Shown here: one piece after another, positions 40,196 through 52,699 of the stretch
Layout: every line of letters begins with the position of its first letter
Position numbering within the stretch: the first letter of the stretch is position 1
Source of the DNA: Carcharhinus longimanus
Lineage: Eukaryota
Length of the DNA stretch: 59,995 bases
Reading direction: 5' to 3'
Assembly: GCA_030264375.1 (NCBI GenBank)
Contig: JASCQW010000112.1
Location: 57,196,839 to 57,256,833 of the forward strand
Made by a program: the position numbers and the translations under genes
Notes under the pieces: generated by a model
Seen by the model: only the letters and a program-made list of their open reading frames with translations
Databases searched by the model: none
Told to the model about the DNA's origin: nothing

Positions 40196-41324
40196 GGCAC
40201 TTAGTGCAAAAAAAGAGCCAGCATGTGATTCTCACCAGTGAGGGTGGGGCAGAGGGGGGGGGGGGGGTGAAAGCTGGCTGCTGACCTCTAGGGGTGCCAT
40301 GGTATAGATGCCCCAATCTCCAAGTGTACTGGGAGATCTCCTGCTGAATTACCCCATCCCCTACGGACATTGGAAAACTCCCTCCACGGACAATGCCACG
40401 CCGCCATCTATCGCACCTCTCCCTCCCATCGCAGGGTTTCTTCTCTCCGCAATCACCACCACTTCTGCACTGTTTCCTCCCTCCCACTGATCATCCCCCT
40501 GGACAGAGTTGCCTCCCCGCCCCCACTGATTGCGCCTCCCGCACCGGCAGAGTTCCTTCTCCCCCTGCCGATCATGTCCCCGGTAGGCCTCTCCTCATTG
40601 GAGATTAGAAGAATGAAAGGTGACCTTACTGAGACAAATAAGATTCTCAGGGGGCTTGACAGTATAGATTGTGAGAGACTGTTTCCCCTTGTGGAGGAGT
40701 GTTGGACCAGACAGAATAAACTCAGAGTAAGGAGTTGCCCATCTTAAACAGAGGCACAGTGGTTAGCATTGAGGCACTGATTATCCAATGACTGGCAGCA
40801 GAACAGGTTCCAGTTAATACTAATTCAAGGGAAAGAAGGAGGACCTAAACTTTTTGGAAGGTGATTTATTGATAAAAAGGAAATTGATGTGTAAAGGACA
40901 TTCCAAAATGCTTTTCAAGAATTGAATGGATTTTGAAATTGCTGCAAGATTTAATGTTAGAGCCAGTTTGCCATATAACCCATTGAGATAGAACACGAGA
41001 CAACCCAATTCCATGGTGTTGATTGAGAGAAGGAATTTTGTCAGGATCCTCGAAGAGCTCCCTGGCCCCTGAAGTACCATCTGATGAAAGCTCCAATAGA
41101 ACAATACTGCCCCAGTACTCTAACCAAAATGCCAGCCTGCATTTAGTGCCCTGATTGGACTCGAAACATCCTGATTTGGAGATGAGAGTGAAATCACGAA
41201 AACCGCAGGTGTCAGTGAAGATGAGAAAGCTGTCTGCAGCGAGAGGACTGGAATACCAATTATTGAAGAACTGACAGGCACAATTTACAGGATGCAGAAA
41301 CTGAGAGCTGGAGGTGTTTGTACC

Positions 41325-42275
41325 CAAACCTTTGAAGGTGTTGGACAAGTTGAGAAGGTAGTTAAAAAAAAAAGCATGGGATCCTTGGGGTTTACAGATT
41401 GAGGCATAGAGTACAAAGCAAAGGAGCTATGCTAACCCCTTCTAAAACACTGGTTAGGCCTTAACAGGAGTATTGCGTCCAATTCTGTGCACCACGCTTT
41501 GGGAAGGATGTCAAGTTCTTGGAGGGGTTCACAGATTTACTTAAGTAGTACCAGGGATAACGGCCTTCAGTTACATAGAAAGACTGGAGAAGCTGAGATG
41601 GTTCTTATTAGAGCAGAGGCAGTTAAGGGGAGATTTAATAGAAATAGTCCAAATTATGAAGGGTTTTTTCTGAAGTAAATAGGGGGAATCTGTTTCCATT
41701 GGCATTATCATAGAGAATCCTACAGTGCAAGAGGACGCCATTCAGCCCATCGAGTCTGTACCAACCACAATCCCAACTAGGCTCCATCCCCATTACCCCA
41801 TGTATTTACCCTAGCTAGTCTCCCTGACACTAAGGGGCAACTTAGCATGGCCAGTCCACATAACCCGCATATCTTTGGAGTGTGATGGGGGGAACCGGAG
41901 CACCCGGAGGAAACCCATGCAGACAATGTGCAAATTCCACACAAATAGTGACCCAAGTCGGGAATTGAACGCGGTCCCTGGCGCTGTGAGGCAGCAGTGC
42001 TAACTGCTGTGCCACCGTCCCATTGTGCTGCATGAGAATGAGTAACCAGAGGACACAGATTGTAATTTGGTAATTGGCAATAAGTGAGAGGAGAGGAGGA
42101 GAATTTCCTTCACACTGTGAGCTGCTGTGATCTGGAATATACTACCTGCAAGGTAATGGAAGGTGTAACATTCAAAAGAGAATTATAGATATACTCGAAA
42201 GAAGAGAAATCTAGGAAGCCATTGGAAAAGAGTGGAGTGAGATTAATTGGCTTAGTCCATCAAACAGCCAGCAGG
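41325..42275 (+). mobile_element. Old CR1 3' fragment containing a minus-strand HE1 SINE (41707-42021)
   Basis: gaggcatagagtacaaagcaaagg, aaaacactggttaggcc, gagtattgcgtccaattctg. The SINE has a full head, V-domain and tail. Confidence 0.8.
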
Positions 42276-42602
42276 ATCATAGAATCATAGAAACCCTACA
42301 GTGCAGGAAGAGGCCATTGAGCCTGTACCAACCACAATCCCACCCAGGCCCTATCCCCATATCCCTACATATTTACCAACTAATTCATCTCAGGACACTT
42401 AGGGGCGATTTTAGCATGGCCAATCAATCTAACCCGCACATCTTTGGACTGTGGGAGGAAACCAGAGCACCCGGAAGAAATCCATGCAGACACAAGGAGA
42501 ATGTGCAAACTCCACACTGAGAGTGACCCAAGCTGGGAATCAAATCCAGTTCCTTGGAGCTGTGAGGCAGCAGTGCTAACCACTGTGCTACCGTGCCGCC
42601 CC
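42276..42602 (-). mobile_element. Full-length HE1/V-SINE
   Basis: Minus strand ggggcggcacggtagcacagtggttagcactgctgcctcacagc ... ctgcactgtagggtttctatgattctatgat. Confidence 0.92.
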
Positions 42603-42831
42603 ACGTCATGATGGGCTGAATAGACTCCTGCTTTCCTGTATAATTCTTTCAGGACAGAAGTAAGAGATGTTGGTTATAAGTGCAAGAGACATTCAAAAAC
42701 TTAGAGGAATTGACAGGTGCAAGTTTTTTGTTGGTTGACTGAAGGACTTGGAGAAGGTGTGGGCTGTTATGTTTCAGGTTAGTGTACTGGTAGCTCTGGA
42801 TATCAAGGTGATGCAGCATGAAGATAATGTG

Positions 42832-42962
42832 TATTTGATTTGATTTGATTTATTATTGTCACATATTAACATACGGTGAAACATATTGTTTCTTGTACAA
42901 ACAGACAAAACGTACCGTACATAGAGAGTGCGAGAATGCAGAATGTAGTGTTTTAGTGTATA
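42832..42962 (-). mobile_element. Rex1/Babar LINE 3' tail
   Basis: (atttg)n atttattattgtcacat tail, the same as at 59280. Confidence 0.7.
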
Positions 42963-44150
42963 GGTGAGGAAGGTGGGGAGCAGCTCATTAATATGAAGAA
43001 GCAACAGAGTGCAAAGAATATTGAGTACTGAAGGGTTCCTCGGTTGATAGGTATGGAGTCTGGAGCAATCACGATTGTTTTGAGGTGATAGGATTATGAA
43101 ATCACACATTAGTGGCACCATCACATGAGCTTGTTTACAAACTACATATTTTCCACTTGCTTACGCAAAATCCCCGATGACCAACAAACTTTAAACAACC
43201 TTCGTGTTTCAATCTCAAAGACATTCTGTTTGCATGACAGGTCCATCGGTGGAGTGCAGAGCTTCCACAAGCTTTGTGCTTTGAGCAGTATAAAAATCTC
43301 TACCACAATTGATGTCCAAAGTTGTGGGATGCAGTTACAATGTGTAGAATTCTGAATTGACTCAAGGGAACCCATTCTTGGCAAAGATGGGAAAAGATGT
43401 TTGAGTTACATATTCTATCTTCACTGAAACATATGGCAGCAACTGAGTTCACACTGGAACACTGCACTACGAAGAGTGTTCATAGCAAGTGAAGCGATGT
43501 GAGTATCCCAAGCTTTGGGCTCCCCCTGGTGTAATTTTGAAATAATAAATATTGACAAAAACTCAGGGCTGACATGATTTTAATTGGCTCCCAAGAGTCA
43601 CTGGCAACAATTGCTTTGTTATTCGAACTGGCATCTCCCACTATGGCACAGACTTCTCACTAATAAACAAGACTACACCCTTTGCTAGTAGCTTTCCATT
43701 GATTACAATGCCCTCGAGGATCAGTTTGCTAGTAGTGAGAGCATTTTATTGTTAATACATGGAGTTTCTGACACATTCACAGTTCCTGTCGTTGAGGCAT
43801 TTATATCAGGACTTGTGGGTGGTAGGTGGGGGGAACATACACCCCCAGGTCTCCGTTGCAGCATCCTTATTAAAATTGTACCATTTAGTAAATTACCTCT
43901 TCTCATTTTTCCTACTAAAATGTATCACCTCACATTTGTCTGTGTTAAGTTTCATCTGTCAGGTGTCATTTCACCCAGTCTGTATTCTCCTGAAGTATGT
44001 TACTAATTTCCTGTTGTTTACTACATTTCCAAGTTTCTGCAAACTTTGAAGTGATGTCCTGTAAATCCAAGTCCAGGTTATTAATATCTATCAAAAGGAG
44101 CAACAGCCCTAATCCCAACTCCTTAGGACTGCACTGCACATCAGCCTCCA

Positions 44151-44427
44151 GTGACACGGTGGCACAGTGGTTAACATTACTGCCTCACAGCATCGGGGGG
44201 CCCAAGTTCAATTCCAGCCTTGGTTGACTGGATGGACTTTGTATATTCTCCCTGTTTCTGCATGGCTTTCCTCCCATTGTCCAAAGGGGTGCATCAGGCT
44301 GATTAGCTATACTAAATTGCCCTTAGTGTCAGAGAGACTTACAGGGATAGGGCTGGGTGGGACTGTTGTCAGTGCAGGCTTGATGGGCTGAATGGCCTCC
44401 TTCTGCACTGTAGGGATTCTATCATTC
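44151..44427 (+). mobile_element. HE1/V-SINE inside an old minus-strand CR1 fragment (about 43880-44450)
   Basis: Head gacacggtggcacagtggttaac and tail gaatggcctccttctgcactgtagggattct. The flanking minus strand reads ELGLGLLLLLIDINNLD..SKFAE. Confidence 0.8.
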
Positions 44428-44453
44428 AGTCACCTTTGCCAATGTATCTGCTT

Positions 44454-44710
44454 TGTTGTGTGAGAGAGTTTTAGCTGGGGATTGTCTAGTCTTCCAAAGC
44501 TTGAGTCCACAGTCTTTTCAAACAGAATTAGTTTACAGCAGATATTTACACTATTTGGACCTCCACACAAGAGAAGACTTTCTGCTCCCTGCAAGAACTC
44601 TCTCAATACTCAGTCTTGTGATTTACCATCATTATTACATCAGCATCAGGAATACTCCACATCTCCCCCAAGTCTTCATCCCCACCATATTTATATGGAG
44701 TTATAGTAGA
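44454..44710 (-). mobile_element. Decayed LTR related to the LTR at 51393-51665
   Basis: Shared blocks tctagtct.cc, tttacagca.atatt, acacaagaga.ga.tttctgctc.ct.caaga.ctctct, ctcagtc.tgtga, atcagcat. Confidence 0.6.
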
Positions 44711-46039
44711 CTGGTAAACACTTGCCATCTTTTGCACTTGAGATAGTACTGTCCCCAGACTTCTAGATGATGTTACTGTGGTCAGTAAGTCTGGGTCATA
44801 AGATTTTAGAATATATTAGAAGTTATTTAATCTTTTCAAAAGCATTTGCTAGTTCACATCTCAGCAGCATTATTAACTCTGTCCCAGTAGCTGTCTGAAA
44901 GATTCATTGATCTCTGCTAAATTTGATAGGAACTTGCTGACTTGGTTCATCATCCCTAGAAATCTTTGAAGCTCTGTCATATGCCTAGGTTGCAGAAATT
45001 GACTTTTAACTTTCATTTTTTGTGCTTCTAGTAGTTTAAACAATGTGGCCTATTTAATTATTACGACTGTTATTTCCCTCCTACCTCTGTTTTTCTTACT
45101 AATTTTGTGCATAGAGAAGGAGGCCATTTGGCCCATTGTACCTGTACAGGCCCCTCTATGGAAAGGGCCGGAGATAATTTGGGAAGGGAAGGGGCTGCAG
45201 GGCCCAGGTTTCACTGGGAAGAATGAAGGAGAAGGTTGCACGACTTGACGGGGAGAGGTGTTAGGAAGTTGGGAACTGAATTGCCACCCAGCTGAAATGT
45301 TGGTCCCAAGATGAGCACACATCCACAGCTGGGACGGGTTAGCAGTGACTCAGTTGATACACAGACAGTCAGGCGAGTGAAATAATTTTACCCATTCAAG
45401 CAACAGTGACTCCTCAAACTGGCAGTGCTTGGTCCCCTAATTTTTAACCCTTTGTACACAGCCTTCAACTTCACCAGAGTATTATGCAACTGCAAAATTA
45501 TTGGGCAACTAGAGAAGCTAGAGTGAAACTCCTGCACCAGTGTAATTACTGTAATATTACTGAAGGTTCATGCTCTTGATCAGGTCAAACTGTGGAGTCT
45601 TAGACTGCACGTCATGACCCCAATGCCTTAGCTGAAAGTAGAACATCCTATCGCCTGGCCAAACCTGTTTGGTAGTCAATCATTGGAGGCATTGTATTGA
45701 ACATTCATGCTGATCCCATACTGGGTGGCATTTCAGGCCCAGGGCTACAGCTCTCTGGTATGTGTAGAGAGGCCCTAAGACTGCAGTCACTGACCAACCC
45801 TTAACCAACAGTGACTCCATAGAGACAAATGCTGATTTTTGCATCTCCCGTTGATTCTGCAGTGAGGAGACCATCAGGATGATGTTGTTGCTGCCTGCAT
45901 TATTGCTTGTAAGCAGGAATGAAGAAAAATAAGGGAGCACACGGATTACCAAAGGGAGTAGCCTAACCCTCAAAACCAAGAGGCAACAGGTCCTCCTCTG
46001 GATGCAGAGGGTATCCTCAGAAAGAGAGCTGTCTTTCAT

Positions 46040-46230
46040 ACGTGCCTCACTAGACCCCGGGTGCAGAGATGTCGTATGTGATACCTACAGATGAGTGAGA
46101 ATGGGTGTCACCAATGCCTTGCACATGTCACAGGATTTGGTCACTCACATTTGCCACGCTCTGCAGGATTTGGCAGCACGGGGATGGGAGGACACCCAAT
46201 GCCAGTGCGGTGAAAGTCACAGCTCAAGGC
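46040..46230 (+). mobile_element. Second Harbinger transposase N-terminal remnant
   Basis: YLQMSENGCHQCL.MSQDLVTHICHALQDLAARG..GHPMPV.VKVTA across frameshifts. A possible LGDK motif lies on the minus strand near 47370. Confidence 0.65.
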
Positions 46231-49200
46231 TTCCTTCATTATGAAGAGCACTGTTTTGGGTCTCACTCTTATCCCATTGCTCCCCTGCACATTGTCAGAA
46301 GCAAGAATGTGTGATTCCAGAGCCTTCCTAAAGGCTGGATGCTTTCCAAAGATCGCCATTTGGAAATTCCATCAGTAACATCTTATAGCATCAAGGCAAT
46401 GGAACAAACATTACTATCTACCAACTGAGTGATAAAACCCTTCTCCCCAATGTAATCAAAATGACAGTGTGAGAGACAGTTAAAGTTGACATCTGAGTAG
46501 GTGCATGAGTGTGCCATTGCTTCATCACCTTGAGATAGCTAGGTGATCCCACCATTTCTCAGATCAGCAGCTCAGCTCTGAGACCATCAGAAACCTGTCT
46601 GACTGACAGAAACACCCATATCATCGAAAATCTGCCAAAAGACAGCTGCCAGATAAAGTTGAATCATACATGAGCCCTTAAGCAGCACAGCCTCACTTCT
46701 CAAGAATACAGGTAAGGCCAAGGGACACCTGCTTCAATGGTGCAGAGCCCATAATACACATAGTGCAAACCAGCCACACATGGGAACAGCGTCCTTGCAA
46801 AATTCATACTCTACATTAAGGGGCATCACAGTTATGGAGTGTGATGTTGATATGGGACACTCACTGTGCTCATATGGTAAGACACGACACAAAACAGGGA
46901 CTCTGGATAGAGACAATTGGCAAGAATGTGAGCAAGAATCGAGGTTTCACACATGACTGACAGTAACACAGTTCATCATGAGAAGGAGGCATAGACAGGA
47001 GGAAGTATGAAATGATTGTGAACAACCATGAACATTTATAAGTGCGTAACACTTATGCCCATGTTGTGCAACTCACCTTTTCACTTTTCTTACCCTGGCA
47101 CTATGTCTTGCTCTCTCCACATCTGCTGTGGGGGTGGAGGTAGCTGCCTGTTACGCCCTGTTGTCTGTGATGACCTTGGTGGGTGTTCTCTGGACACCCT
47201 GGAGATCTGGAGGGTCTCAGCCTGCTTTGGGTGTCCTCCTGTGGGGCAGGTGTGCCCTCTTTGTCCTGTGGGGCTGGAAATAATGGGGCCATGGGAAAAG
47301 GAGATATATATTACCTAGACACCCCAGGTTCATCTGGGTGGAAGGTCCGAGGGTGTCCAACTGCAATCCTTATCCCCCAGAGTGCCCTAGGGCACCTCGA
47401 TGACTCCTTGAGCAGAAAGGGAAGAGAAGTGAGATTGAACTGCCTTGCTGCTCTCTCAGTTTGACACAGATGGATGTCACCTGCAGCAGTGCATGACTGA
47501 TATCCTGGATGTCCATGGTGGCCGCAAACTTGCCATGCTCTCATTTCTTTCACTGCCACCTCTGAAAAGCTGCTGAGGGAACCATATACCAGGCCCTCAG
47601 CTCCAGCCCCCACATCTTGAATGAGGAACCTGATACCAGCGCCTTTGGAGACCTGTTACAGTACTCACCCACACCATCTACCAGGGTGCATTGGCATGAT
47701 GGTGCTATCACCTCAGACTGGATGTGGATGGGCTCCTCCGTTGTGCAATACAATAACAGAACATCCTTTCCTGATATCCTGATATCCCCTTTGCTGTATT
47801 TGCAGTTCATACAACTGACTTAGGGCTGAGTCCAGAGGCTTGTTATCTAATTTGGGCTCAGCAGACTCCTGGCCTCCAGCAGCCCTCTGAGTGCTGGCAC
47901 CCTCAGTTGTCCCTGCCTCTGCCTGTTTGCAAATAGGTGTGTATGTCTGCCCTGGTGAAGGGTATGGGTGAGTGCTGTGACAAGTCTCCAGGATCCTCAT
48001 TCAAGATGTTGGGGCTGGAGTTAAAGGCCTGCTGTGTGGTTCCCTCAGCAGCTTTTCAGAGGTGTCAGTGAAAGCAATGAGAGATAATGAGTGCAAGGCA
48101 GGGAGCTGTGAAATAGGAGACATCACTCAAAGTATCTTCCATGCCCGATGGACACCATGGAAACTTGAGTGTTTATCAACATCTTTAATCATATTTCATT
48201 TTGAGGTTTTAAGTTTCCTTTGAGATTCTGGTTACTTTGATGCTGCATCGTTTTAAGAGGCTGCCATGTAATTTATCCCACAATTTGTTGATTTTGTTTA
48301 TTTGGTTACCCTAAAAGAAACACTGACAGTATGGTTATCTGGTGGATGCTGTAGTGCAGAATCTGTCCACCTCACCATCAGTGCAGACATGGTCCATGTC
48401 ACCTCCAGCCAGTTACATAGCTCTGTTTTCAAAGTTTGTGAACACCTTGTTCTCAGTGAGTCCTCTGCCGGTCTGCGGGATCTCCTTTATATTGTGTGCC
48501 AGCTGTATGAAGACAGCTGGTTCAAAGTGGCACCTGGAGATAAGTTGTGCTGAGGTTACGGCAGGGTGGGTGCATCAGAGGGTGCCCGCCAGTGATATGG
48601 TGTGTTTTCTGTGGATGAATAATCAGTAATATGCATAAGCAAGACACATGAGAGGAAATAATAAAGATGCCTGACATATGTGGTTGACAAGTTGAGCCCT
48701 GCGCAGGATAAGGATGCAATTTCCAGAGGAGATGAGGATCATAGAATCATAGAACCCTACAGTGCAGAAAGAGGCCCTTTGGCCCATCGAGTCTGCACCG
48801 AACACAATCCCACCNNNNNNNNNNNNNNNNNNNNNNNNNNNNNNNNNNNNNNNNNNNNNNNNNNNNNNNNNNNNNNNNNNNNNNNNNNNNNNNNNNNNNN
48901 NNNNNNNNNNNNNNNNNNNNNNNNNNNNNNNNNNNNNNNNNNNNNNNNNNNNNNNNNNNNNNNNNNNNNNNNNNNNNNNNNNNNNNNNNNNNNNNNNNNN
49001 NNNNNNNNNNNNNNNNNNNNNNNNNNNNNNNNNNNNNNNNNNNNNNNNNNNNNNNNNNNNNNNNNNNNNNNNNNNNNNNNNNNNNNNNNNNNNNNNNNNN
49101 NNNNNNNNNNNNNNNNNNNNNNNNNNNNNNNNNNNNNNNNNNNNNNNNNNNNNNNNNNNNNNNNNNNNNNNNNNNNNNNNNNNNNNNNNNNNNNNNNNNN

Positions 49201-49782
49201 NNNNNNNNNNNNNNNNNNNNNNNNNNNNNNNNNNNNNNNNNNNNNNNNNNNNNNNNNNNNNNNNNNNNNNNNNNNNNNNNNNNNNNNNNNNNNNNNNNNN
49301 NNNNNNNNNNNNNNNNNNNNNNNNNNNNNNNNNNNNNNNNNNNNNNNNNNNNNNNNNNNNNNNNNNNNNNNNNNNNNNNNNNNNNNNNNNNNNNNNNNNN
49401 NNNNNNNNNNNNNNNNNNNNNNNNNNNNNNNNNNNNNNNNNNNNNNNNNNNNNNNNNNNNNNNNNNNNNNNNNNNNNNNNNNNNNNNNNNNNNNNNNNNN
49501 NNNNNNNNNNNNNNNNNNNNNNNNNNNNNNNNNNNNNNNNNNNNNNNNNNNNNNNNNNNNNNNNNNNNNNNNNNNNNNNNNNNNNNNNNNNNNNNNNNNN
49601 NNNNNNNNNNNNNNNNNNNNNNNNNNNNNNNNNNNNNNNNNNNNNNNNNNNNNNNNNNNNNNNNNNNNNNNNNNNNNNNNNNNNNNNNNNNNNNNNNNNN
49701 NNNNNNNNNNNNNNNNNNNNNNNNNNNNNNNNNNNNNNNNNNNNNNNNNNNNNNNNNNNNNNNNNNNNNNNNNNNNNNNNNN

Positions 49783-50200
49783 TTAGCTATGAGGAGAGGT
49801 TGGAGAAACTTGGTTTGTTCTCACTGGAACGACGGAGGTTGAGGGGCGACCTGATAGAATTCTACAAGATTATGAGGGGCATGGACAGAGTGGATAGTCA
49901 GAAGTTTTTTCCTGGGGTGGAAGAATCAATTACTAGGGGGCATAGATTTAAGGTGCGAGGGGCAATGTTTAAAGGAGATGTACAAGGCAAGTGTTTTACA
50001 CAGAGGGTGGTGGGTGCCTGGAACTCGCTGCTGGAGGAGATAGTGAGTTTTAAGGGGTATCTGGACAAATACGTGAATAGGATGGGAATAGAGGGATAGG
50101 GTCCCCGGAAGGGTAGGGGGTTTTATTTAAGTCAAGCATGCATAGTTGGTGTAGGCTTGGAGGGCTGAAGGGTCTGTTCCTGTGCTATAATTTTCTTTTG
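49783..50200 (+). mobile_element. CR1 LINE 3' end
   Basis: SYEERLEKLGLFSLERRRLRGDLIEFYKIMRG...TRGHRFKV...FTQRVVGAWNSL. Confidence 0.95.
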
Positions 50201-50289
50201 GTGAATCAGAGAGTGCCAGCCAGTGATATGGCATGTGGATGAATAATCAATGATATGCATGATAAGGTGCAAAAACATGCCACTGTGAT

Positions 50290-51665
50290 TAGCAGTTGAA
50301 TGTTATTTTCTATATTTGTGACTGCACTTTGTGTTTTTCTGGGGAAATTCCACTCACAGTTTTGAAGCGACCTATTTTTCCACAGTTGTGGCACTCACTC
50401 TGCCTCCAACCGCTCCCCCCGCAAAACTGGACATTCTTTTTATGGGTGCAGCTTACTCCTGCTGCATTGGAGACATTTTCAAATAACAGGTGGCAAGCTG
50501 TCCCAGTTTGGTGACAACTTTGGCTCACTTTCCATTTTGTAGCCTATGGATTGAATGGTTTCATTTGATCTTTTCCTCAGGGCCATTCCTTCTCCATGAA
50601 TAAACAGCCAATTCTGATTTCTACATTCTGTTGTCTAGTGATTGGTTTTGTTTTCACCAGTGTTAAATCCTCTCTGCTGTATTTGACAAAGCCTCATTCA
50701 ATGCTCCTATAATAATCTTCCCCACCAATCGTTGATAAATGAATTTATGCTTTCACTTGGGTTTCGTTTTCTTTTGTTGAATTTAGCCCTCTCAGTTATT
50801 GATTTCCAAAGGATGCTGAAATAAGGGTCCAGTGGCTGTATAACTTCTTCATAAGAAGCTAAATCTCATTAACCCCCTATCTTTCTATCACATCATCAAC
50901 GATAGTTACATTGGCATGTAGTAAGGTACTGACCTGGTCTTTTTTATGTCATTCTGAAGCAAACCTGTACCTTGTGAACCATTATCTCTGGTTGTCCCAC
51001 TTCCAGGGCTGCTGTGGGCCTTCTGCACTCTGAAATGGTACAGGGAGTGTTAGGGTGGATTCAATGCTTCCTCTGAGCCCTGGAATTGTTGCTGTATTTG
51101 AATTCTGCTCCTCCACTGCTGCTTGCTGTCTCAGGCCAGTACTCACTGGTGTCTCAGGCCAGTACTCACTGGTGTCTCAGGCCAGTACTCACTGGTGTCT
51201 CAGGCCAGTACTCACTGGTGCCTGGCCTCTGGGTCCGTGTAACAGCTTGTCTCTGCCACTCCCAGAATGTTCTGATGTCTTGGTGAGTATTGGAATTTTT
51301 TTGACCTTCCTCAAATTTCACTTTTCTTGTCAGCTCTGTAATTCTGTAATGTCCTTGTTGAGTCTTTCACTCGCTGCTACCATATTTTATTGTGTAGTAG
51401 GGGTTTTGACAGGGTTTGGAGATGATCTAGTCTCCCACAAATATGGTCCATAGTGTTTTTAACCAGAACCATTTATTTACAGCAAATATTGGAACTCTAC
51501 ACAAGAGAGGAGTTTCTGCTCTCTTCAAGATCTCTCTTGCTTCTCAGTCATGTGACATGACATTGTTATATCAGCATGTTGTATGCTTCTGATGTTCACT
51601 CTTTTCTCAATACTGTCCATGTACAGTCACTAGCCTTTAATCCAATCCAACCAATTATTACCACA
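50290..51665 (-). mobile_element. 5' end of a Gypsy element: LTR (51393-51665), PBS (about 51372-51382) and decayed gag
   Basis: LTR with TG...CA ends. The minus-strand PBS TGGTAGCAGCG resembles a tRNA-iMet PBS. Gag motifs DQVSTLL, ITERAKFNKR...ESINSFIND and zinc knuckle ECHNCGKIGRF. Confidence 0.8.
51127..51220. repeat. 23-bp tandem repeat, four perfect copies
   Basis: (tgtctcaggccagtactcactgg)x4. Confidence 0.95.
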
Positions 51666-51669
51666 GCTG

Positions 51670-52100
51670 CCCACCCTATCAGTCTAATTTCAATTGTCAA
51701 AGTGATGGAAGATGTAATTGACAACACTATCAAGTGACACTTACTCAGCAATAGCCTACTCACCAATGCTCAATTTAAGTTTAAAATAAAAGCAATTTAG
51801 AAGTTGGAATTTGAAACAAAAACTGAAAATGCTGGAAAATCTCAGCAAACCTGACAGCATCTGTGGAGGACAATATAGCTAATGTTACACACCTGAATGA
51901 CCCTTTGTCAGAGATAAGAAAACTGGAAATAGGATGAGATTTACACTGTTGTGGAGGTGCAGAGGTTGAGGCTGTTGGAGGTAATCATTTCAGCCCCAGG
52001 ATGTCACTGCAGAGTTCCTGAAGGCAGGGTCCTAGGCCCATCCACTGCTGCTTCATCAATGACCTATCCTCCATCATGAGGTTAGAAGTGGGAATGTTCA
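51670..52100 (+). mobile_element. Non-LTR (CR1/L2-clade) RT fragments with an inserted Penelope end (51784-51915)
   Basis: PISLISIVKVMEDVI...LLSNSLLTNAQF and TA.VPEGRVLGP...FINDLSSIMRLEVGMF. Confidence 0.7.
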
Positions 52101-52104
52101 CAAC

Positions 52105-52345
52105 TCAAAAGTCTGAGATCACGTACCAAGCGACCCGAGAGCAGTTTCTTCCCTGCTGCCGTCAGACTTTTGAATGGANNNNNNNNNNNNNNNNNNNNNN
52201 NNNNNNNNNNNNNNNNNNNNNNNNNNNNNNNNNNNNNNNNNNNNNNNNNNNNNNNNNNNNNNNNNNNNNNNTTATGTACTCTATGAACGGTACGTCTTGT
52301 CCGTATAGCATGCAAGAAACAATACTGTATACATATGACAATAAT
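52105..52345 (+). mobile_element. Rex1/Babar LINE 3' tail across a gap
   Basis: aaaagtctgagatcacgtaccaag...cagtttcttccctgctgccgtcagacttttgaatgg ... tgacaataataaattaaatcaaa. Confidence 0.75.
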
Positions 52346-52699
52346 AAATTAAATCAAAATCAAGGCATCCAGTGACTTCCCAAGTGGTCAAATTTCATCT
52401 GTGACCCACACTGGGAGTGTTGTTGAGAGGCTGTTGGACTACAGAACAGTGCAGCTTTGTCCAATTGTGTTCTTCTGATTAGAACTTCTAAACAATGGTC
52501 AGAAGGTCAAACATCATCATTAGTCGCTACTTTCCCTAGGCCTTCAAATGCAGAAGTCAATTGCAAGACCCATCCTGTCACTTCAGCTGAGATTAATTCA
52601 CACATCACAGGCCACAGGTTCAACTTTCTTTTCAGGAAAGGAGGCAGAAGTACAATTAAGCAATCTACCTTTTGATATGATGGCCTCTGAATTAAACAT

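Noticed and set aside
38145-51220. 16-bp and 23-bp arrays as CRISPR-like loci
   Set aside because: Head-to-tail repeats with no unique spacers and no cas genes, in a vertebrate context.
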